DNA of 64,000 bases from a virus: IMG/VR virus record IMGVR_UViG_3300049005_000030, positions 1-64,000 of that record; one strand, 5' to 3'. Shown here in pieces: positions 1 to 8,692 of this stretch. A model generated the notes under the pieces. It worked only from the letters and a program-made list of their open reading frames with translations. It made no database searches and was not told the origin of the DNA. The position numbers and the translations under genes were made by a program. Every line of letters starts with the position of its first letter. Within the stretch, counting starts at the first letter, position 1.

Positions 1-18
1 GGCCGGGCGCTGACTGGC

Positions 19-327
19 TCAGGCCAGCACGTAGGCCAGGGCGGAGCTGAGGGCCGCCTCGACCGTGCGCGTGCTGTCGACGTCGACGAACTCGGCGTCG
101 TCGCCGGCCCCGACGACCGTGGCCACGTTCCAGTCGCGGACACCGGCGGCCGGGAGCGTCTCGTGCTTGACCGTGCAGCCGATCATGTAGTCGCCGTTCT
201 CGGCGCGCTGCGAGATGCCCCAGCCCTCGTGCCCGTACCGCTTGACCTGGACGAACTTGCCGCCGTCGGCGACGAACTCGAAGGACGTGCGGGGGGCCAT
301 CTCGGCGATTGCGGCGATCTGGAACAT
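19..327 (-). CDS. hypothetical phage protein
   Basis: 102-aa ORF with GGAGG RBS, behind promoter 373-402. Confidence 0.8.
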   Translation of the reverse strand: MFQIAAIAEMAPRTSFEFVADGGKFVQVKRYGHEGWGISQRAENGDYMIGCTVKHETLPAAGVRDWNVATVVGAGDDAEFVDVDSTRTVEAALSSALAYVLA

Positions 328-372
328 GGTGGCCTCCGGGTGGTTGGGGCGGTGGGTTCCGCCGGTAAGAGA

Positions 373-402
373 AGACTAGCCGCCCGATGGACGGCTAGTC
401 AA
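373..402 (-). promoter_or_regulatory. repeated promoter/operator copy
   Basis: minus strand TTGACT-agccgtccatcgggcggc-TAGTCT. Confidence 0.8.
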
Positions 403-421
403 TACCCTTTGCCGAAGATCT

Positions 422-1291
422 TCAGCGGGCCAGTTGAGCCAACGCCTTCGCGTTCTCGCGCCGCTCGCTCGCGATCTTCCTGGCGACCTTGCCGGCCAGC
501 CGCTTCCGCGCCGCCTCCACCGTTTCGTCGTGCTTGGCCGCCAACGCGTCCAGCAACCGCTCGGCGTAGGCCGTCTCGCGGGCGGAGAACTCGGCCCAGC
601 GCTGCGGGTAGTTCTCCTTGGCTGACTCGTCGGTCCAGGTGACCGCCTCGGCCGCCGCCTTCACGTAGGCGATCTCGGCGGTGCGCTCCGTCTTGATCTC
701 CCAGCCCAGGTCATCCAGCAGCGGCGCGCCGTCCCGCGTGGTGATGGCCTTCACGGCCGCCGCCGCGCGCTTGACGGCCAGCTCGGCCTGCCGCTTCTCG
801 GCAGCCGCGCGACGCTGCGCGATCGGGCCGAACTTCGCCGGCCGCGCCCGCACCTCGACCGGGGCGTCCGGGTAGCAGACGGTGCACGCGGCCTCTCCGG
901 CCTCGCCCACGATCTCGTCCTGGGCCAGCCCGGACAGCTGGGGCAGCAGGCCGATGGTGGTCGACCAGCGCAGCGTGTGGCAGTGCCGGGAGCTGTGGAT
1001 GTGGCCGTCGGAGCTGGTCACCAGCCACGCCTGCGTCCAGCCGTGGCGCCGGTTCCACTCGGCGTCGTAGTCATCGGCGTCCGAGTCGGTGGCCAGGATG
1101 ACCTCGGTGGCCTTCTGCACCGCCTGGTAGGCGCGGTTGGCCTTGCGCACGTCGGCCGACTTGGTCGAGTCCTTGTGCTGGGCCAGCACCCAGCCCTCGT
1201 GACGGCGGGTCTGAAGGGCGCGCAGGCGGCGGTCCCAGATCGGGGCGTACCAGGTGTCGATCTCGGCCGGGGTGCTGGTCGTCAGGTCCAT
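422..1291 (-). CDS. hypothetical actinophage protein with His/Cys motifs
   Basis: 289 aa, GHIHSSRHC and CTVCYPDAP motifs, GAGGGAG RBS. Confidence 0.8.
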   Translation of the reverse strand: MDLTTSTPAEIDTWYAPIWDRRLRALQTRRHEGWVLAQHKDSTKSADVRKANRAYQAVQKATEVILATDSDADDYDAEWNRRHGWTQAWLVTSSDGHIHSSRHCHTLRWSTTIGLLPQLSGLAQDEIVGEAGEAACTVCYPDAPVEVRARPAKFGPIAQRRAAAEKRQAELAVKRAAAAVKAITTRDGAPLLDDLGWEIKTERTAEIAYVKAAAEAVTWTDESAKENYPQRWAEFSARETAYAERLLDALAAKHDETVEAARKRLAGKVARKIASERRENAKALAQLAR

Positions 1292-1322
1292 CGCGGTCTC
1301 CCTCGTCTGCGGAACTAGGGAT

Positions 1323-1352
1323 AGTCTAGCCGGTCAGTCACCGGCTAGGCAA
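1323..1352 (-). promoter_or_regulatory. repeated promoter/operator copy
   Basis: TTGCCT-agccggtgactgaccggc-TAGACT, then GTTCCGC. Confidence 0.8.
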
Positions 1353-1361
1353 CCCCCAATT

Positions 1362-1676
1362 TCAGATGACAGGCGTCAGCTCGGCCAGGTGCGCCGCGAC
1401 GTGGCCGGCCACGTCCTCCCCCGGTGCGTCGCCGAACCGGTCATAGTGGTCGTCCCTGCGGCACAGCTCGGCCTCACGCCCGGCCAGCTCGGTCCGCATG
1501 AGGCGGGTACGCCGCTCGATCGTCCACAGGTCGAGCGACACCGGCCGCATCTCGGCCGGGCGCAACAGCCAGCGGCGCAGGTCGACATCACGAGCGAAGC
1601 GGTAGTAGCGCTGAGCGTTGCGGTCGGCGCGGTCCACCGAGTACGCCTCGGCCTCTGCGGTGGTCAGGTCCTGCAT
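1362..1676 (-). CDS. hypothetical protein
   Basis: 104 aa, GGAGGAG RBS, own promoter. Confidence 0.75.
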   Translation of the reverse strand: MQDLTTAEAEAYSVDRADRNAQRYYRFARDVDLRRWLLRPAEMRPVSLDLWTIERRTRLMRTELAGREAELCRRDDHYDRFGDAPGEDVAGHVAAHLAELTPVI

Positions 1677-1708
1677 GGCTTGCTCCTCCGGTCGGGCGGA
1701 ATGGCAAT

Positions 1709-1738
1709 AGCCTAGCCCCTGACTCGCCGGTTCGTCAA
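1709..1738 (-). promoter_or_regulatory. repeated promoter/operator copy (divergent pair)
   Basis: TTGACG-aaccggcgagtcaggggc-TAGGCT, then ATTCCGC. Confidence 0.75.
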
Positions 1739-1763
1739 ACCCGAAAGTTAGTCCATTCGGGTA

Positions 1764-1793
1764 TTGACTAGCCGTCGACCCACCGGCTAGGCT
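1764..1793 (+). promoter_or_regulatory. repeated promoter/operator copy (divergent pair)
   Basis: TTGACT-agccgtcgacccaccggc-TAGGCT, then GTTCCGC. Confidence 0.8.
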
Positions 1794-1825
1794 TCACCTT
1801 GTTCCGCTCGATCAGGGAGGCCCCG

Positions 1826-2173
1826 ATGACCGCCACCATCACCCCCAAGCCCAGCATCCGCTGCCGCAAGTGCCACCGCGTCCTGCGGTCGGCCGCCTCA
1901 ATCGAGCTGGGCCTGGGCCCGACCTGCCACAAGAAGGTCGTCGCCGAGGCCAAGGCCAAGGCCGCCGCCTCGGTCAAGCCGGAGCAGTTCGCCAAGGCGG
2001 TCGAGCTGATCCAGCTGGGCGGCGTGGTCCCGCTGCGCCCCCACGTCTGGCGCACCGTCGCCAGCAAGGGCACCGGCACCTACCTGACCGCCGCCACCAA
2101 CTGCAACTGCCCCGCCGGCCTGCGCGGCCGCACCTGCTATCACCAGCTGGCCGCCCGCCTGCTGGCCGCCTGA
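1826..2173 (+). CDS. DUF6011-like zinc finger plus SWIM zinc finger protein
   Basis: CRKCHRVL...GLGPTC and CNCPAG...CYHQLA; GGGAGG RBS before ATG 1826. Confidence 0.75.
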   Translation: MTATITPKPSIRCRKCHRVLRSAASIELGLGPTCHKKVVAEAKAKAAASVKPEQFAKAVELIQLGGVVPLRPHVWRTVASKGTGTYLTAATNCNCPAGLRGRTCYHQLAARLLAA

Positions 2174-2190
2174 ACCGAGGGAGTCCCACG

Positions 2191-2628
2191 ATGTCGCAGT
2201 CCCGCCCGTTCGCCCACCTGGACACCGACCTGATCAGCGCCATGATCGGGGTGCAGAAGACCAACCTGGACCAGCTGGACCGCAAGCGCGCCACGTCCTG
2301 GGCGGTCCCGCGTAGCGAGGCCACCCTGAACTATGAGGCCCAGGCGCAGGCTGAGATGGAGTCCGTGCTGGCCTGCGCCTACGCGGAGCTGCGCAGCAGG
2401 GCGCAGAACCTGATGGAGCAGGAGATGACGCCCAAGCCGCAGTGGATGGCCGACGCCGAAACGGACCCGTTGGTCGTGCTGCTCAGCGGGCCGGCCACGT
2501 CCGACGTTCCGATGACTGCCGGCCCGAATCCCATTCCGGTGCACGAGCTGCTGAACTCGGAGACTCCGTACGAGCAGTTGTCCGGGTTCATCGGTATGGG
2601 TGAGTACCAAGCCCGTTGGGGCCAGTGA
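2191..2628 (+). CDS. hypothetical protein
   Basis: GAGGGAG RBS, high GC3. Confidence 0.7.
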   Translation: MSQSRPFAHLDTDLISAMIGVQKTNLDQLDRKRATSWAVPRSEATLNYEAQAQAEMESVLACAYAELRSRAQNLMEQEMTPKPQWMADAETDPLVVLLSGPATSDVPMTAGPNPIPVHELLNSETPYEQLSGFIGMGEYQARWGQ

Positions 2629-2677
2629 GAGATCGCCGTCCACCTCGGACGGCTCAACCAGAGAGAAGGACACGCAC

Positions 2678-2851
2678 ATGCCTGGACGAAACCGAGGGTC
2701 TCGCTACGAGGCCAACGAGGGAAGCATCGTCGACACCCACCGCAACTGCGAGGTTGTGCCGCTGCCCAAGGGTGTCCGCGCCGGCGACCCCGGCGGCGTG
2801 CACCGCGAGGAGGACGCGCGCGACTACGCGGCCGAGCTGAACCACAGCTGA
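2678..2851 (+). CDS. small hypothetical protein
   Basis: GAAGGA RBS before ATG 2678. Confidence 0.6.
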   Translation: MPGRNRGSRYEANEGSIVDTHRNCEVVPLPKGVRAGDPGGVHREEDARDYAAELNHS

Positions 2852-2985
2852 TGCTCGCGGGCAGGGAGGTCGAGACCGAGGACGGGGTCATCACCGTCCA
2901 GGTCGAGGTGTGCGAGCACCGGGTGCCGGTGGACGCGGAGTGCGCGGCCTGCGAGTACGAGGCATGGGACACCTGCGAGAGTTGA
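2851..2985 (+). CDS. 44-aa Cys-containing protein (not in ORF track)
   Basis: TGATG coupling; MLAGREVETEDG...CEH...CAAC. Confidence 0.55.
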   Translation: MLAGREVETEDGVITVQVEVCEHRVPVDAECAACEYEAWDTCES

Positions 2986-3003
2986 TCTATCCCTACGATA
3001 CGA

Positions 3004-3052
3004 GCGAGCCCCCATCGACCGGTCCGCCTAGGTGCGGTCGATGGGGGCTCGC
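3004..3052. terminator. hairpin between convergent genes
   Basis: 18-bp stem gcgagcccccatcgaccg / cggtcgatgggggctcgc. Confidence 0.75.
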
Positions 3053-3116
3053 CGTTCCGGTCGGATGACCGGATGAGGGGGCTTTCAGCCTAGCATTTGA
3101 ATGGTCAACAACCAGC

Positions 3117-3314
3117 TCAGTGCACCCAGCTTTTGATCCAGTTGTCGAGCCCTGCGGCCATGCCGGTCAGGTTGGAGATCACGCTGTGGCCGAAGTCGGT
3201 GCCGCCCAGGGCGATGCCGGCAACCAGGATGATGGCCACGGTGATCCAGCGGTCACGGCTTTTGACGCCGAGGACGATCGCCGCGATGACGAACAGCGAG
3301 GTGATGGCGATCAT
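3117..3314 (-). CDS. small two-TM membrane protein
   Basis: 65 aa hydrophobic, GAAAGGA RBS. Confidence 0.7.
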   Translation of the reverse strand: MIAITSLFVIAAIVLGVKSRDRWITVAIILVAGIALGGTDFGHSVISNLTGMAAGLDNWIKSWVH

Positions 3315-3365
3315 GACTAGGGTTGGTCCTTTCGGTCGGGACGGATTGCGTACGGAACAGCGCCT

Positions 3366-3442
3366 AGTGTAGCCGCCCTGTGGCCGGTTTCGCGACTCCC
3401 CCGGTACGGTGATCGCGCAACCGGTGGGATAGCGGCTACACT
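3366..3442. promoter_or_regulatory. divergent promoter pair with variant -35 (TCGCGA / TCGCGC)
   Basis: both have an 18-bp spacer ending cggc then TACACT; the + copy ends 6 nt before ATG 3449. Confidence 0.6.
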
Positions 3443-3448
3443 ACGCGC

Positions 3449-3892
3449 ATGACTGAATCCGTCACCGAAGCCCCCGACCAGGTCGGCCTGCGCAGCCAGA
3501 TCCGCGAGGCCCTGCGCACCGTCGCCGACGACATGGCCGCCGCCAGCACCCGCGTCGCCATCGCCGTGCCGGTCAAACAGATCACCAACGCGCTGATGGC
3601 CTTGCTGCCCCAGCTGGCCGACGTCCCCGACTACGACCACAGCCTGGCCGAACAGCGCGTGTGGGCCGCCATCCCCCAGGCCGTCGACGACACCGACCCC
3701 GAGTTCGACGACCTGGACGTCATCGGCCCCGAGGTGTCCGTGCGCGCCGTCGGCGGCGAAGTCGTGATCACCGTCACCGCGCCGGCCATCGGCCGACTGG
3801 AGATCCCGCTGACCGCGCTGGACGCCCGGGAGTTCTTCCTGGCCGGGGTGTCCGCCGCCGAGCACCTGCGGGCCAACCGCAAGGCTGGCTGA
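3449..3892 (+). CDS. hypothetical protein, probably leaderless
   Basis: 147 aa, high GC3. Confidence 0.75.
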   Translation: MTESVTEAPDQVGLRSQIREALRTVADDMAAASTRVAIAVPVKQITNALMALLPQLADVPDYDHSLAEQRVWAAIPQAVDDTDPEFDDLDVIGPEVSVRAVGGEVVITVTAPAIGRLEIPLTALDAREFFLAGVSAAEHLRANRKAG

Positions 3893-3931
3893 GCTATGCC
3901 GCCGACGTCAATCCCAAGGGAGGCAACAGAA

Positions 3932-4666
3932 ATGCCAGGAGAAAACCTTTTCTACGGGCACGATGGCGGCAAGCGTCACCTGACGCGCGCGTTTGTCGAC
4001 GAGGCGGCCGAACTGGACTGGACTGGTCTCGACAAGGTGCGCCAGGAACTGGATGTCGAGCGGGCAACGCCCGTCGTCGACAGGCTGGCCGAACGGTGGG
4101 ACCCCCTCAAGCACAGCGCGCTGGACAACGGCCGGTTTGCGTTCTGGTCCGACGAGGCCGCCCTGGTCGAGCGAGAGCAGACCGACCTCGAACGAGGCCG
4201 TGCCCGCCTCGGCCTGTCGCTGGCGGTTGCGGTCAAGGCCGAGCGTGCCGGCGCCGCTCGGCCGCCGGCCGCCGATCCGGGCAAGATCACCTACGCGCCG
4301 ATGGTCGAGCACTGGCTGCTCGAACACGCGCACGAGCCCGCGTGGCGGGAGGACTTCCGCGCGCACCACCAGAATCTGTGGCGGCTGTGGGAGTGGATGA
4401 CCCGGCCCCTGAGCGACGCCGAGATCTTCACCTATCTGGCCAAGGCGGCGCGCAAGCGCGGTGTCACCGTGGACGCCGAGGACGAGGTGCGGGAGCGCAC
4501 CGGCCTGGTGGTCAACGATTCGGACTGGCACCACTTCCTGTCCGATGGCGTTCCGTTTTCCGCCGTGCTCGATCCCATGGAGAGGGTGATCTTGTCGCGC
4601 ACGTGGGACACCGAGGGCGAGACGACCGGCATACCCCCGGAGGGTACGTTTGACGAGTCGCCGTAA
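3932..4666 (+). CDS. hypothetical protein
   Basis: GGGAGG RBS before ATG 3932. Confidence 0.75.
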   Translation: MPGENLFYGHDGGKRHLTRAFVDEAAELDWTGLDKVRQELDVERATPVVDRLAERWDPLKHSALDNGRFAFWSDEAALVEREQTDLERGRARLGLSLAVAVKAERAGAARPPAADPGKITYAPMVEHWLLEHAHEPAWREDFRAHHQNLWRLWEWMTRPLSDAEIFTYLAKAARKRGVTVDAEDEVRERTGLVVNDSDWHHFLSDGVPFSAVLDPMERVILSRTWDTEGETTGIPPEGTFDESP

Positions 4667-4679
4667 CAACGGCTAGGAT
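4650..4679 (+). promoter_or_regulatory. repeated promoter/operator copy
   Basis: TTGACG-agtcgccgtaacaacggc-TAGGAT. Confidence 0.7.
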
Positions 4680-4727
4680 TCACCCCATGCGCGTCCCGCG
4701 CACCCCAGAACGAGAGAGGAGCACCAG

Positions 4728-5288
4728 GTGACCACCGCGAAGACTCGCGTTGCACGCTGGGAGGCCGATGCGCGCGACCTGTCCGACGACTTGGCCACGG
4801 CCGCGACCTACCTGCCCGTGGGCAAGGTGTCGGACCAGACCGGCCTGTCCACCGAGACCATCCTGGACTCGCTGACCCGCGAGCCGATCACCAACGAGGC
4901 CAACCCGCGCGGCGCCCTGTGCAACCCGGCCGCCCGCATCGGCCGACTGCCGCTGTGGCACCCCAGCCAGGTCGCCGAGTACCGCCGCCGCGTCGACATG
5001 GCGGCCGCCGAGCCGACCCCGGACTGGCCCACGGTCAGCAAGGAAGAGGCCGAGCAGCGCGGCTGGGTCGACATCGTGACCGCCGCCGCACGGTTCGGCA
5101 AGCACGAGCAGACCCTGCGCAAGGCGCAGCGGTTCGACGCGACCTACCCGCAGACGGTGGCGGTGCGGGCCCGTGAGGGCCGGCCGGGGCCGCCGGAGCA
5201 CCTGCGTTCGTGGGCGGCCATCCGCGCCTGGGGCGAGGCCCGGGGCTACACCGTGGTCTCCGAGACCGAGACCGCCGAGGCCGTCTGA
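4728..5288 (+). CDS. tandem AlpA/Xis/MerR-like HTH DNA-binding protein
   Basis: two HTH-wing-like units: LPVGKVSDQTGLSTETI...PAARIGRLPLW and WVDIVTAAARFGKHEQTLRK...YP. Confidence 0.6.
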   Translation: MTTAKTRVARWEADARDLSDDLATAATYLPVGKVSDQTGLSTETILDSLTREPITNEANPRGALCNPAARIGRLPLWHPSQVAEYRRRVDMAAAEPTPDWPTVSKEEAEQRGWVDIVTAAARFGKHEQTLRKAQRFDATYPQTVAVRAREGRPGPPEHLRSWAAIRAWGEARGYTVVSETETAEAV

Positions 5289-5332
5289 TCCACTACGTTC
5301 CGCACATCCGATCAAGATCAACCCGAGGAGAC

Positions 5333-5761
5333 ATGGCAACCACCACCCCCATCCCGGAGCTCCAGTTGTCCGGCTGGCCGCGTGAGCAGATGCAGCCGGT
5401 CATTCGACTGGAGTACGACCGGGCCTACCCCGAAGGGGCGCCGCTGCGAGTCGAGGCTTACCCGATGCTGCCCGCCCGGCCCTTCTACGGCACCGATCCG
5501 TGGCCGCCGATGCGTGACGCCCTGGCCGACACACTGGACTTCCTCTGTGCCGTCGCCCACGACCTGAGCGTGCGCGGCCTGCACTGCCTGGAAGTCTCGG
5601 TGCAGCACGGCACGGGGCCGATGGCGAAGGGGGCCACCGAGCAGGGCTGGCAGTACCACGCGACGGTGCTGGCGGTCCCGACCACGGTGGTCCAGGCCCA
5701 GCGGCTGGCCTTCGACGAGGCCGAGCGGGTCAAAGCGGAGCAGGTGGCCCCCGCCCAGTAG
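5333..5761 (+). CDS. hypothetical protein
   Basis: GAGGAG RBS before ATG 5333. Confidence 0.7.
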   Translation: MATTTPIPELQLSGWPREQMQPVIRLEYDRAYPEGAPLRVEAYPMLPARPFYGTDPWPPMRDALADTLDFLCAVAHDLSVRGLHCLEVSVQHGTGPMAKGATEQGWQYHATVLAVPTTVVQAQRLAFDEAERVKAEQVAPAQ

Positions 5762-5781
5762 TCACTCCGTTTTCGCAGGTC

Positions 5782-5816
5782 AGCCCCCGGTCGTACTCCG
5801 ATCGGGGGCTTTCTTG
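5782..5816 (+). terminator. intrinsic terminator
   Basis: agcccccg...cgggggct followed by ttctt. Confidence 0.65.
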
Positions 5817-5826
5817 TCGCCAGCAT

Positions 5827-5856
5827 TTGACGAGCCGCCCACTCACCGGCTAAGCT
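5827..5856 (+). promoter_or_regulatory. repeated promoter/operator copy
   Basis: TTGACG-agccgcccactcaccggc-TAAGCT, then GTTCCGC. Confidence 0.8.
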
Positions 5857-5888
5857 ATCTCCAGTTCCGCAGCACATGGGAGGCAGAG

Positions 5889-6695
5889 ATGGTCACCGAG
5901 ACGGTCAACGGGATGCCGGCGGCGATGTTCGGCAAGGCCGCCCGCAAGCACCAGCCCGGCGAGCTGCGCACCGTGAACGGTGTCGAGCAGATCTGGGAGC
6001 CGTGCCAGCGCTGCAACGGCACCGGCAACTTCCCCTCCCCGGTCGAAGGCGGCCGCTGCTTCGCCTGCCCCCGCGACGCCCGCAACAACACCCTGGGCGG
6101 CAGCTGGGTCGACGTCGCCGACTTCGAGCGCCGCAAGCACAACCGCGAACTGGCCGCCGCCCGCCGCGAGCGCAAGGCCCGCGAGTTCGCCGAGAAGCTG
6201 CCCGCCCTGATCGAGGCGTTCCTGGCCGAGCACCCCCAGCTGGTCATGCTCACCAAGCTGGCCGACTACTCCGGCGTGCTTGGCGACATGCGCCGCACTC
6301 TGGAGACCCGGGGGATGCTGTCGCAGTCCCAGGTCGACTACGCCACCAAGCTGGTCGCCCGCGAGCTGGCCGACGCCGAGACCGCCGCCTACCGCGAGGC
6401 CGGCCGGCGCGCCGAGGTGTCCGAGCCGCTGGGCGAGGTCGGGGAGCGCATCACCATCGAAGGCGTCATCACCTGGTTCAAGCACGACGTCTACGCCGTC
6501 ACTCCGTGGAAAGACGCCTACTCCACGGTCATGATCATCAAGACCGACCGGGGCGCCGCCCGCTGGAAGGCCAGCAGCACCCTGGACATCGAGGTGGGTC
6601 AGACGATCAAGATCAAGGCCACCGTCAAGGACCTGACCGTGAACGACAGCAGCCGCATCACCACCGTGGTCACCCGGGGCAAGATCCTGGACTGA
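5889..6695 (+). CDS. Zn-finger plus C-terminal OB-fold-like protein
   Basis: CQRCNGTG...CFAC; C-terminal GEVGERITIEG...VGQTIKIKATVK. Confidence 0.65.
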   Translation: MVTETVNGMPAAMFGKAARKHQPGELRTVNGVEQIWEPCQRCNGTGNFPSPVEGGRCFACPRDARNNTLGGSWVDVADFERRKHNRELAAARRERKAREFAEKLPALIEAFLAEHPQLVMLTKLADYSGVLGDMRRTLETRGMLSQSQVDYATKLVARELADAETAAYREAGRRAEVSEPLGEVGERITIEGVITWFKHDVYAVTPWKDAYSTVMIIKTDRGAARWKASSTLDIEVGQTIKIKATVKDLTVNDSSRITTVVTRGKILD

Positions 6696-6769
6696 CCGCC
6701 CACACGGCCCCGCCCGGACTCCTCCCGGACGGGGCCGTTCCCGTCTCCCCCAACACCAAGGAAGTGACC

Positions 6770-7453
6770 ATGACCAAGCCGACACGGCCAGACGTCCGCT
6801 ACAACGAGATCATCATGGGCCCCGATATCGCCGTGTCCTGCGGCCGCTGCGGCGACGACATGGACTACGAGGACGGGTTCCAGTGCGACCGCTGCGGCCT
6901 CGACTACGGCTCGGACCCCGGGCCGGCGCCGACGTTGACGCACGACTGGAAGTACTACGCCCAGACCACCTTCCCCGAGGCCACGGCCGAGAAGCCTGGC
7001 CACCTGCTGGTGTGGCCACACAGCAGTGAGTACGCCCGGCCCAGCGAGCATGCCTGGGTGTTGCACGTCGGCTGCGAGCACGGCTCCTGGGACGGTGTGA
7101 CGTGTGCCCTGGGCGACGCGGCCCGGGTCTACCGCGCGATGGACGCCATGGAGATCGCCGAGAGCATCCCCTTCGAGCTGGCCGACCACTTCGGCAGCCA
7201 GGTGGTCCGACTGCTGCCCGGGGTCTACCGAGTCGAGCTGACCGGCGTGCAGCTGGTGCCGTTGCGGGTGGTCGAGTGCGTGGCCGTGGTAGACGAGAGC
7301 TACGGCAGCGGCACCCACCCGCACCCGGACAACCTGGTCGAGCTGACCGCCGGGATGGCTGAGGCCGCGTTCTCGCCGGCCGGGAAGGTGCGGCCGGCGG
7401 TGTCTCCGCGTACCGCGCTGACCACGGTGGCGGCGTCGGAGAAGTTCCTCTGA
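6770..7453 (+). CDS. hypothetical protein with Zn ribbon
   Basis: CGRC...CDRC; AAGGA RBS. Confidence 0.7.
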   Translation: MTKPTRPDVRYNEIIMGPDIAVSCGRCGDDMDYEDGFQCDRCGLDYGSDPGPAPTLTHDWKYYAQTTFPEATAEKPGHLLVWPHSSEYARPSEHAWVLHVGCEHGSWDGVTCALGDAARVYRAMDAMEIAESIPFELADHFGSQVVRLLPGVYRVELTGVQLVPLRVVECVAVVDESYGSGTHPHPDNLVELTAGMAEAAFSPAGKVRPAVSPRTALTTVAASEKFL

Positions 7454-7460
7454 TTGCCTA

Positions 7461-7490
7461 TTGACTAGCCGGTGAGCCACCGGCTAACCT
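7461..7490 (+). promoter_or_regulatory. repeated promoter/operator copy
   Basis: TTGACT-agccggtgagccaccggc-TAACCT, then GTTCCGC. Confidence 0.8.
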
Positions 7491-7530
7491 ACAGAGGTTC
7501 CGCACCACCGAGCATCCCCCGGAGGCCGAG

Positions 7531-7635
7531 ATGCCGAAGATCGAGAACTACGACAACGTGGCCGACTACTACCAGGCCGTGGACGAGTTCTGGTCCGCCG
7601 CGCTGGACAGCCTGGACACCGAGATGGCGGCCTGA
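7531..7635 (+). CDS. 34-aa acidic peptide (not in ORF track)
   Basis: GGAGG RBS; MPKIENYDNVADYYQAVDEFWSAALDSLDTEMAA. Confidence 0.7.
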   Translation: MPKIENYDNVADYYQAVDEFWSAALDSLDTEMAA

Positions 7636-7637
7636 TC

Positions 7638-7742
7638 ATGACCAAGCACACCGCCGAACAGGTCGCCGAGCTGGCCGAGGTCGCCGGGGTCGACCCGGAC
7701 GAACTGGCTGAGGCCCTGACCCAGATGGAAGACGACGAGTGA
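7638..7742 (+). CDS. 34-aa acidic peptide (not in ORF track)
   Basis: MTKHTAEQVAELAEVAGVDPDELAEALTQMEDDE; GTGA overlap with next gene. Confidence 0.65.
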   Translation: MTKHTAEQVAELAEVAGVDPDELAEALTQMEDDE

Positions 7743-8260
7743 TCGAGCCCAACGGCTGCCGGTGGTGCGGCCTCCCGAAGAGGTCGCACCACCAGCGGTG
7801 GAAACACTCGATCGGCTGGCACCTCCACGTGCAGCCCACCGACCAGCAGCGACTCCAGAGAATGCGCGACAGGCGAGCAGAGAGCGGGAAGACCATGCCG
7901 AAGAAGGGCGAGACCTTGCCGTTCAAGGTGGCGTTCACCTACCACGCCAACCCGGCCGCCGGCCGCGACAAGGCCATCAACGGCACCCTGCCGTTCCGGA
8001 CCGAGGACGAGGCCATGCGTGAGGCGACCGAGCTGGCCCGGCGCGGCGCGTTGGTCTTCGTCGACAAGCGAGTGGGCCCGGTCACGCACCACCTCGCACA
8101 GCTCTACCCCTGGACCGATGAGCAGCGCCGGCTGGCCGAGCTGGCCGACGAGGTGACGGAGTTGCAGCACTACGACGGCGGTCACCAGGTCCAGCGGATG
8201 TTCGACATCCAGAACGAGATGACCACGCTGATCGCCGGCATCGGCGTGAAGCACTTCTGA
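7739..8260 (+). CDS. hypothetical protein with CxxC/His motif
   Basis: 173 aa, PNGCRWCG...H...WH. Confidence 0.7.
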   Translation: MIEPNGCRWCGLPKRSHHQRWKHSIGWHLHVQPTDQQRLQRMRDRRAESGKTMPKKGETLPFKVAFTYHANPAAGRDKAINGTLPFRTEDEAMREATELARRGALVFVDKRVGPVTHHLAQLYPWTDEQRRLAELADEVTELQHYDGGHQVQRMFDIQNEMTTLIAGIGVKHF

Positions 8261-8271
8261 CCAGCACCAAC

Positions 8272-8309
8272 GCGACAGCCCCTACTCCATCGGAGTGAGG
8301 GGCTATCGC
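8272..8309 (+). terminator. hairpin terminator
   Basis: gcgacagcccct...aggggctatcgc. Confidence 0.55.
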
Positions 8310-8315
8310 CATGGG

Positions 8316-8345
8316 TTGACGAGCCGGTGAGTGGTCGGCTAGTCT
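8316..8345 (+). promoter_or_regulatory. repeated promoter/operator copy
   Basis: TTGACG-agccggtgagtggtcggc-TAGTCT. Confidence 0.8.
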
Positions 8346-8384
8346 TCTCCTATCAGCACGACAGAGCGAGCCCCGGAGGCCAGG

Positions 8385-8621
8385 ATGACCGCCCAGACCG
8401 CCCCCGCCCCCACCGCCAGCGACCTCGACGAGATGTTCACCCACCTGTTCTGCCCGATCTGCAACCCGGCCCCCCGGCCCGGCGACTCGGTCCCCGCCCT
8501 CTGCGGCTACGTCCGCCACTACGTCGGCCACCACCTTGAGACCATCGACGACGAGTGCCCGGTGTGCCTGGCCTTCGAGGTGGAGTTCCAGCAGACCAGC
8601 CGCTGCCCCCGCTGCTCCTGA
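8385..8621 (+). CDS. small Cys-rich (Zn-binding) protein
   Basis: CPIC, ALCG, CPVC, CPRC; GGAGG RBS. Confidence 0.7.
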   Translation: MTAQTAPAPTASDLDEMFTHLFCPICNPAPRPGDSVPALCGYVRHYVGHHLETIDDECPVCLAFEVEFQQTSRCPRCS

Positions 8622-8633
8622 CCCCCGACACGA

Positions 8634-8666
8634 CGAAGCCCCCCGGCCAGTAGCCGGGGGGCTTCG
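8634..8666. terminator. hairpin between convergent genes
   Basis: cgaagccccccgg / ccggggggcttcg. Confidence 0.75.
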
Positions 8667-8692
8667 CTGCGAACAGGACGAACAAGACCCGA

